A DNA stretch of 64,000 nt from an uncultured Gemmatimonadales bacterium (GTDB taxonomy: Bacteria; Gemmatimonadota; Gemmatimonadetes; Gemmatimonadales; GWC2-71-9). Position 1 is the first letter of the stretch, and each line of letters opens with the position of its first letter. The position numbers and the translations under genes are program-made. Of this stretch, positions 58,302 to 64,000 are shown piece by piece. The DNA lies in assembly GCA_963798915.1 (NCBI GenBank), contig CAWCVB010000005.1, forward strand, positions 217,291-281,290. The letters are read 5' to 3'. The notes under the pieces were generated by a model, which worked only from the letters and a program-made list of their open reading frames with translations, ran no database searches and was not told the DNA's origin.

Positions 58302-59250
58302 CTATGGATTGGTCAGGCTTGCGTCGGTAATCGTTGCGCTCCCATCCACCGTGGTGCCGGCCGCCGTGGTCACCCCGATTGGACCGGATGGATCCGTGGT
58401 GAACGTCAGACCGTCGGGTCCAGTGAAGCTGATGGTATAGTCGCCTGGCAACAGGAAATCGAACGTCGCCTCGTAGGTCCCGTCCGCGTCGGTGTCGGTC
58501 AGCGCCAGCGTCTGCGTTCCCCCGGCTGATGACGTGAGCACCGCGTTGAAGTCGGCCAGTGTCGGGACGGTCCCGTTGAGTTCCGGCAACGCAACGCCGT
58601 CCGCGAGGGTGAGCCGGGCTCGCGCCCGGGCCGCCTCTGTGAAGCTGGTGCCGGTTATGACCGGGTGCATGACCCACATGCCGGAATTGCCGGCTTGCAT
58701 GCCAAAGCTTTGCGAGACGTCGAAGTCGAGGAGCAGGGTCTCGCTTCCCCCGTCCAGCGTAAGGTCATCCTGCGGGATGTCCACCTTCAGTCCGCTTTCG
58801 GCGAGGCTGGGCATCTGCAGCTCGCCAGCGACGGTTGCGCCTGCTGGCAGCCCCTCGTAGTCGGGCGACGACGCATAGATGCTGGTACTGCCGTCGTCGT
58901 TTTCCGCTTCCACGTAGCCGCCCGTGATCACAAACCGCAGTTCGGAGTAGTCGCCGTTGGCAATGTCCTTCCCGTCAACCAGCGTCGCGGTCGAGTTGGC
59001 GAGGTCGATCAGGTTGGTCGTCACGGGTGTGTCGGTCAGCGTGACGTGTGATTGATCGCCACTCGCCAACGAGATACACCTCCGAGATGGTCACGACGGC
59101 CGCCTTCACGTCGCCTGGGGCATCCGTCAGGTTGACGGTCAGCGACGTCTTGCCCCCGTCGGGACCGGTATTGTCGTTGGAACAACCCACAACCGGCAGC
59201 GCGACGGCAGCGAGCAGCGTTGCCGCGCGGAATGTCTTACTGAGCAGCAT
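58302..59250 (-). pseudogene. DUF4382 lipoprotein with C-terminal carboxypeptidase-regulatory-like domain, one +1 frameshift near 59061 (probably a sequencing error)
   Basis: Lipobox VVGC; LTDAPGD..AVVTI.EV joins G.Y.ELRF, PS.A.SGLK, LDFDVSQSF, PVI; total length is 3n+1. Confidence 0.8.
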
Positions 59251-59584
59251 ACTGGACCTTTCTTTATCTGGAAACAGCCATGAGACAGCGACGCCTGGCA
59301 TTGCCAGGCGATCCATGTCTGGTCGTCTGAGACCTGCGTCCAGATTGCCACAGGGGCCCGTTTGCGGCTGTGCGCTGAGTCACGACTGGTCGGGCTTTGA
59401 CCATCCGGGGTCCAATGCCCGCTTCAGGCTGCACCGTTGGGTGACCGTTCGTCCCGGTCGGTCGCCGTGTCGATACCCGAGCGGAGGCGAGCCAACTCCG
59501 CTCGTCACAGTTCAATTGCGCACGTGCCGCGGGCTGGCCAGCTTCGCAGCGATACCACGGCACTCACCTGACGACGGCGGAACG

Positions 59585-60109
59585 ATGAGCATGACGTCCA
59601 CGCGCGCGCAGTCCCGCGACACGGCACGCATTGTGATCGCCGGGCTGTCAGTTGCGGCCCTTGATTTTCTCTATGTGACGGTCCGGTGGGTGCTCATTGC
59701 GCGCGCAATGACCGTACAGGAACTGGCGCAGTCCATTGCCAGGGGGCTGCTGGGCAAGGCGGCCTACCAAGGTGGACCGGCGAGCGCGGCATTGGGAATC
59801 GGACTTCACCTCGTGATCGCCTTCAGCTGGACGATCGCCTTTTATCTGCTCAGCCGGCGCATCCCCGCGCTGAGGCGCGCCGTCGCCACGACCAGCGGGC
59901 GCATCTGGACCGGGCTGCTCTGGGGGCCGGTCATCTGGCTCGCGATGGATTTCATTGTCCTGCCGCTGAGCCGCGCCCGCGCGACCCCGGTCTCCTCGCC
60001 GAATTTCTACATCAACCTGGTGCAGCACGCGATCATGATCGGGTTGCCGATGGCACTGATTCTGGGCCCGCCCTCGCCCCACGACTCCGCTTCGTCCGCT
60101 GCCACATAG
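59585..60109 (+). CDS. Hypothetical membrane protein (4 TM)
   Basis: Q.IA.GLLG..A..GG..A.LG..LH..IA; hydrophobic helices. Confidence 0.75.
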   Translation: MSMTSTRAQSRDTARIVIAGLSVAALDFLYVTVRWVLIARAMTVQELAQSIARGLLGKAAYQGGPASAALGIGLHLVIAFSWTIAFYLLSRRIPALRRAVATTSGRIWTGLLWGPVIWLAMDFIVLPLSRARATPVSSPNFYINLVQHAIMIGLPMALILGPPSPHDSASSAAT

Positions 60110-60160
60110 CGCCTGCCAAACCCGCGTCGGGGCAGCGCGTGAGACCCGGCGGTGCTCAGC

Positions 60161-60376
60161 TCACCAGAGACGGGGCCATCGTTCATCGTGACGCGCAAGT
60201 AACCAGCCGACCAGCACGCCAATGGCGATCATGATCGCGACCGCGACTACCGTGCGAATGGACAGGTGCAGCGACACCATCGGTGCCGCACCCGGGCCGG
60301 CCCACGCTTGGGCAGGCACAAGGAGGGCGACCAGCGAGGCAGCCACCGAAGCGAAGGGGGATCGCCGCAGGCGCAT
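60161..60376 (-). CDS. Small hypothetical membrane protein
   Basis: Signal-like N-terminus (AQAWA) plus one TM helix; downstream of DUF983 on the same strand. Confidence 0.4.
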   Translation of the reverse strand: MRLRRSPFASVAASLVALLVPAQAWAGPGAAPMVSLHLSIRTVVAVAIMIAIGVLVGWLLARHDERWPRLW

Positions 60377-60547
60377 GGGTTCAGCTCAAGTTGACGTTGT
60401 TCATCCGGCGCGCCACGCGCCATTGGTGGCCGTTCCGCCACACCCACACAGTGCGTTGCATGCTGCGTGCCCGAGCCTTTCACGCCTGGACGCGGCGCTC
60501 CCTGCAGGAAGTCGCACTCCTGCAACACCAATTGCGCTTCGTGCGCC

Positions 60548-60982
60548 CTAGCGTCGGTTGCCGGGCCCGCGCTGCCGCTCGTCTGCTTCGAAGTCCTGGG
60601 GCCGAAAGAGCAGGTCAAACCCGAGAAACAGTGTCTTGGCGCACGGATAGAACGCGACAGGCAGGAGGACCATCAGTGCGGCACCGCCCCATTGCAGTAC
60701 TCGCCACGGCGGCAGCGGCCAGGTCAAGGCGAGAACCGCAAGGAATATCCCTGCAAAGACCAGTTCCGACGCGACAATGTTGAACATGTACGCCCCAACG
60801 ATGTAGCCATGCTCGCCGCGCTCCAGGTGGAGCCCGCAGGCTGGACAGGCCTCCCTCATGTGAAACCAGGACGACCATAGCCCCCGCGCTCCGCAGTTGG
60901 GGCAACGAAGCCGCAGCGCGCGCCACAGATGGCGCGACGCCCGGCGCGCCAGGCCGTGGGCCCGTGGAGGGTTTTGTGGCAT
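60548..60982 (-). CDS. DUF983 domain protein
   Basis: RCPNCG..L..SWF...CPACG, two TM, P..K.L. Confidence 0.8.
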   Translation of the reverse strand: MPQNPPRAHGLARRASRHLWRALRLRCPNCGARGLWSSWFHMREACPACGLHLERGEHGYIVGAYMFNIVASELVFAGIFLAVLALTWPLPPWRVLQWGGAALMVLLPVAFYPCAKTLFLGFDLLFRPQDFEADERQRGPGNRR

Positions 60983-61187
60983 GCGCCGGAAAGGACTCAG
61001 GTCGGCGCCGGAGGGCAAGCAGCGCCTTGCTTTGGCGCTGCTGGCCGCGGTCTGGCCCAAGGGTTGCCGTTTCACGGCTGACGGCCCCAGATTCGGGATA
61101 GCCCGCATCAACGCGGCCGCCATCGTCGACCGCCGAGCTGCCATCGGGCAGCCTGCACGATACCCGCCCCCCCGTTTCGGGAGCCTG

Positions 61188-63746
61188 ATGCCCCAGCACG
61201 GCGCGCGCCTCTCGCTGAACGTCCGCTTGCCTCTCCTGATCGGCGGTTTGCTGCTGGTAGCGATCGTCATTTTTGCGGCGCTGAGTTACCGTGTGGCTTC
61301 CCGGAGCGCATTCGCTGCTGCCAATGAGCGGCTGCGCACGTCGGCTGATCAGTTGGCGGCCCGGGTCGCGCAGCAGATCGCGCAATCAAAGGAGGCGATC
61401 GGTCAGTCTGCCGGTCAAAGGGTCGTTCGTGCCTTCGCCAACGGCGAGGCCCTCGACTCGAACGCGGTTCGCGAGATCCTGCGGCCGTTTGCCCGCGATT
61501 CGGCGCGTGGCAATGCGGTCGAGATCCGGGACGACAGTGGGGCGCTCCGCCTGAGCGTGCGACCAACGACCGCTGACGATGACGCGGACGCCGGCCGGAT
61601 GGGACCCCGGCCGGACTCCGTCGCCCTGAGCGAGCTGGTGCGTAGTGGCACGCTGGTGCTGTACGAGCTCACCGCACCCATCGTCCGTCGAGCAGGCCCG
61701 CCCTGGCATCTCATCATCCGGCAGCGCATCGACGGGAGTGGTGGTGGCACCGCGATAGCCTCCATGCTGGGCAACGGGGCGGGGATTTTCATCGGCAATC
61801 GGCGGGGCAATCTCTGGGCTGACATGACCACCGTGGCCGATTCTGCCCTCCTGTCTGATTCGGTTCGCAACGGCGTCTATCGCCGCGCCGGGCAGTTGCG
61901 CCTCGGTGCCATCGCTCCCGCTGCCAACACGCCATGGCTCATGGCCGCCGATTTTTCCGTCGCGGCGGTCATGAGCGGCACGCGCTCGCTCCTGCGGGAG
62001 ATGGTGGGGATCGCCCTGGTCGTCCTGTTGGCAGGGACGGGCTTCGGCTGGATCATGAGCCGGCGGGTGACGCGGCCGCTGCGGCGGTTGACCCAGGAGG
62101 CCGAAGCGTTGGCGCAGCTCGAGGGCGCCGCACCGCTCGCCGCTGGACGAGGGGACGAGCTGACGCGTCTCTCCGATTCCTTTGACACCATGGTTACCCG
62201 CGTCACGGATGCGCAGGAGCGGCTGCGCCTTTCCGAAGAGCAGTACCGCATGCTCTTTGACCTGAATCCGAACCCCATGTGGGTCTACGATCGCGAGACA
62301 CTCGCGTTCATGGCCGTCAATGGCGCGGCCGTGGAGAAGTACGGATACAGCCACGATGAATTTGCGGCCATGACCATCCGCGACATCCGGCCGCCGGAAG
62401 ATGTTCCGGCGATGGAGAAGGCGGCCAGAACCGACGAGGCGCTGCGTCCGGACGTCAGCCAGTGGAGGCACCGGCTCAAGGACGGCAGCATCGTGGACGT
62501 GGAAATCCGCGGGCGGCCGCTCAGCTTCCTTGGCCGCCAGGCCGAGCTGGTGATGGCGTCGGATGTTTCCGAGCGGAACCGCCTCGAGTCGCGCCTGCGC
62601 CAGTCGCAGAAGATGGAGGCGGTCGGCCGACTGGCCGGCGGCATTGCCCATGACTTCAACAACATTCTCTCCGCCGTGCTGGGGTACTCCAACCTGGTCC
62701 TCGAAGACCTGCCGGCCGATGCACCACATCGCGAGGACATCGAGGAAATCAGTGAGGCGGGGCATCGCGGAGCCGCACTCACCCGACAACTGCTGATGTT
62801 CAGCCGCCCGCAAGTGGCTGAGCGGCAGGTGCTCGACATCAACAAGGCGGTTGGTGGCGTGCGGAAGATGCTGGAGCGCATCATTGGCGAGGACATCCGC
62901 ATCGAGACCCGACTGGCCGAGGATGTCGGGCGCGTGCGCATGGACCCGGGCCACCTCGAGCAGATCGTCATGAACCTGGCTGTCAATGCGAGGGACGCCA
63001 TGCCCGAGGGTGGACGGCTGACCATCGAGACCGCCGACGTCCAGCTCGATGAGATCCGTCATCGCAGCAACCGATTGCTGCCGGCCGGGCAATACGTGAT
63101 GCTGGCCGTCAGCGACCAGGGCATCGGCATTTCCAAGGAAGTGCAAACGCAGATATTCGAGCCCTTCTTTACCACGAAGCCACCCGGCGAAGGCACCGGT
63201 CTTGGCCTGTCCACCGTCTACGGTATCGTGCAGCAGAATGGCGGATCGGTCCTTGTCTACAGCGAGCCGGGCCAGGGCGCCACGTTCAAGGTCTACCTGC
63301 CTCGTGTGGACGAAGTGCCAATGGCGGCTTCGCCGGCGCCTCCACCACTGCCTCGCGATCACGCGGGTGAGACCATCCTCTTTGTCGAGGACGAGCCGTC
63401 GCTGCTGAAGGTCGGCTGCCAGATTCTGTCCCGTGCCGGCTACTCCGTCATCGGCATGCCGGGCGGTGAAGAGGCCATTGCCTATGCCGCCTCGCATAAG
63501 GGCGCGATGGACCTCATCGCCACCGACATGGTGATGCCCGGCATCAGCGGGCGTGAGCTCGCCTCCCGGCTGCGGGAGCGATGGCCCGGTGTCCGGGTGC
63601 TGTTCATGTCCGGCTACACCGACGACGCAGTCATGCAGCGCGGCATTACCGAGCCAGGAATGGCCTTTCTCCAGAAGCCATTCAGCGGTGAGGGGTTGAC
63701 GCGCAAGGTGCGCGATGTGCTGGACAATGGCCACCCTCCGGCCTGA
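61188..63746 (+). CDS. Hybrid sensor histidine kinase (periplasmic sensor-HAMP-PAS-HisKA-HATPase-REC)
   Basis: Two TM; HAMP DEL..L..SF..M; PAS NP.PMWVYD; QKMEAVGRLAGGIAHDFNN; NARDAM; FTTK..GTGLGL; REC TDMVMP, LQKP. Confidence 0.95.
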   Translation: MPQHGARLSLNVRLPLLIGGLLLVAIVIFAALSYRVASRSAFAAANERLRTSADQLAARVAQQIAQSKEAIGQSAGQRVVRAFANGEALDSNAVREILRPFARDSARGNAVEIRDDSGALRLSVRPTTADDDADAGRMGPRPDSVALSELVRSGTLVLYELTAPIVRRAGPPWHLIIRQRIDGSGGGTAIASMLGNGAGIFIGNRRGNLWADMTTVADSALLSDSVRNGVYRRAGQLRLGAIAPAANTPWLMAADFSVAAVMSGTRSLLREMVGIALVVLLAGTGFGWIMSRRVTRPLRRLTQEAEALAQLEGAAPLAAGRGDELTRLSDSFDTMVTRVTDAQERLRLSEEQYRMLFDLNPNPMWVYDRETLAFMAVNGAAVEKYGYSHDEFAAMTIRDIRPPEDVPAMEKAARTDEALRPDVSQWRHRLKDGSIVDVEIRGRPLSFLGRQAELVMASDVSERNRLESRLRQSQKMEAVGRLAGGIAHDFNNILSAVLGYSNLVLEDLPADAPHREDIEEISEAGHRGAALTRQLLMFSRPQVAERQVLDINKAVGGVRKMLERIIGEDIRIETRLAEDVGRVRMDPGHLEQIVMNLAVNARDAMPEGGRLTIETADVQLDEIRHRSNRLLPAGQYVMLAVSDQGIGISKEVQTQIFEPFFTTKPPGEGTGLGLSTVYGIVQQNGGSVLVYSEPGQGATFKVYLPRVDEVPMAASPAPPPLPRDHAGETILFVEDEPSLLKVGCQILSRAGYSVIGMPGGEEAIAYAASHKGAMDLIATDMVMPGISGRELASRLRERWPGVRVLFMSGYTDDAVMQRGITEPGMAFLQKPFSGEGLTRKVRDVLDNGHPPA

Positions 63747-63827
63747 CGGGCCGGTCCGCGGTTCCTCTTCATCTCACAACCAGGGTCTGCCCGTTCGGAG
63801 GAGTCTGTGTCGCATCGCCGTGCACCA

Positions 63828-64000
63828 GTGAACCGCCTTGACCTGCTGGTGCTGCTGATCCTGTTCTTACCCCCGGGTACGCTCACTGCGCAATCGTTGC
63901 CGGCGCCCAGCGCTGATCCCGCGGCAGCCTCAGTTGGTCGACGCCCGCTTCCCGGCGCACTCTTCGAATCATCGGAGTTCTCGGCGGCAGTCGGGCGCGG
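63828..64000 (+). CDS. Partial exported protein, probably a second M1 peptidase (runs off the window)
   Basis: GTG start, signal peptide ending TAQ, then FSAAVGR, which resembles FQHALAAG at the N-terminus of the M1 peptidase at 33918. Confidence 0.5.
   Translation, partial: MNRLDLLVLLILFLPPGTLTAQSLPAPSADPAAASVGRRPLPGALFESSEFSAAVGR

Noticed and set aside
59311..59345. Cobalamin riboswitch suggested by GAGACCTGC
   Set aside because: The other conserved B12-element segments are not evident, and the same word occurs in the short rho-ruvX spacer.
61386..63734. Long antisense ORFs (also 16082..18526, 34056..36020, 28381..30147, 4008..5519)
   Set aside because: Shadow ORFs opposite well-supported genes; expected in high-GC DNA; no motifs.

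Overview
High-GC, densely coding bacterial chromosome segment with about 54 CDS. Gene content and style suggest Gemmatimonadota; this is an inference. I found no rRNA, tRNA, CRISPR array, transposase or phage genes. Left to right: (1) a signalling/polysaccharide block with a degenerate REC-GGDEF protein, an orphan Wzc tyrosine autokinase, a sigma-54 NtrC-type regulator and a sensor-less histidine kinase, tied together by a repeated YGTTGC-N6-RYNACA palindrome and two candidate sigma-54 promoters; (2) NYN-LOTUS protein, mpg and a beta-barrel OMP; (3) a minus-strand run of CDF transporter, hypothetical, orphan formate dehydrogenase alpha, GT-C glycosyltransferase, tdh, a formyltransferase/beta-propeller fusion and kbl; (4) housekeeping genes rlmI-like, thiE, mltG, ruvX/yqgF, rho and an M50 protease; (5) a stand-alone HisKA mini-protein; (6) a MoxR/DUF58/DUF4350/DUF4129/RDD-SpoIIM cluster interrupted by an M1 peptidase that is preceded by a 10-unit heptamer repeat; (7) a REC-HD-GYP protein; (8) a ~17 kb catabolic-looking cluster (GH38, HGSNAT-like, peptide ABC, GHMP kinase, heparinase II/III-like lyase, class III aminotransferase, paired amidohydrolases, DapA-like, DHODH/PreA-like, OSBS/NAAAR); (9) a tandem CPA antiporter pair, a DUF4382 lipoprotein, DUF983 and a hybrid kinase. 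Four single-base +1 frameshifts in three otherwise intact genes are probably assembly errors. The best candidates for an undescribed system are block 8 and the regulon in block 1. All family calls come from motif recognition by eye; no searches were run.
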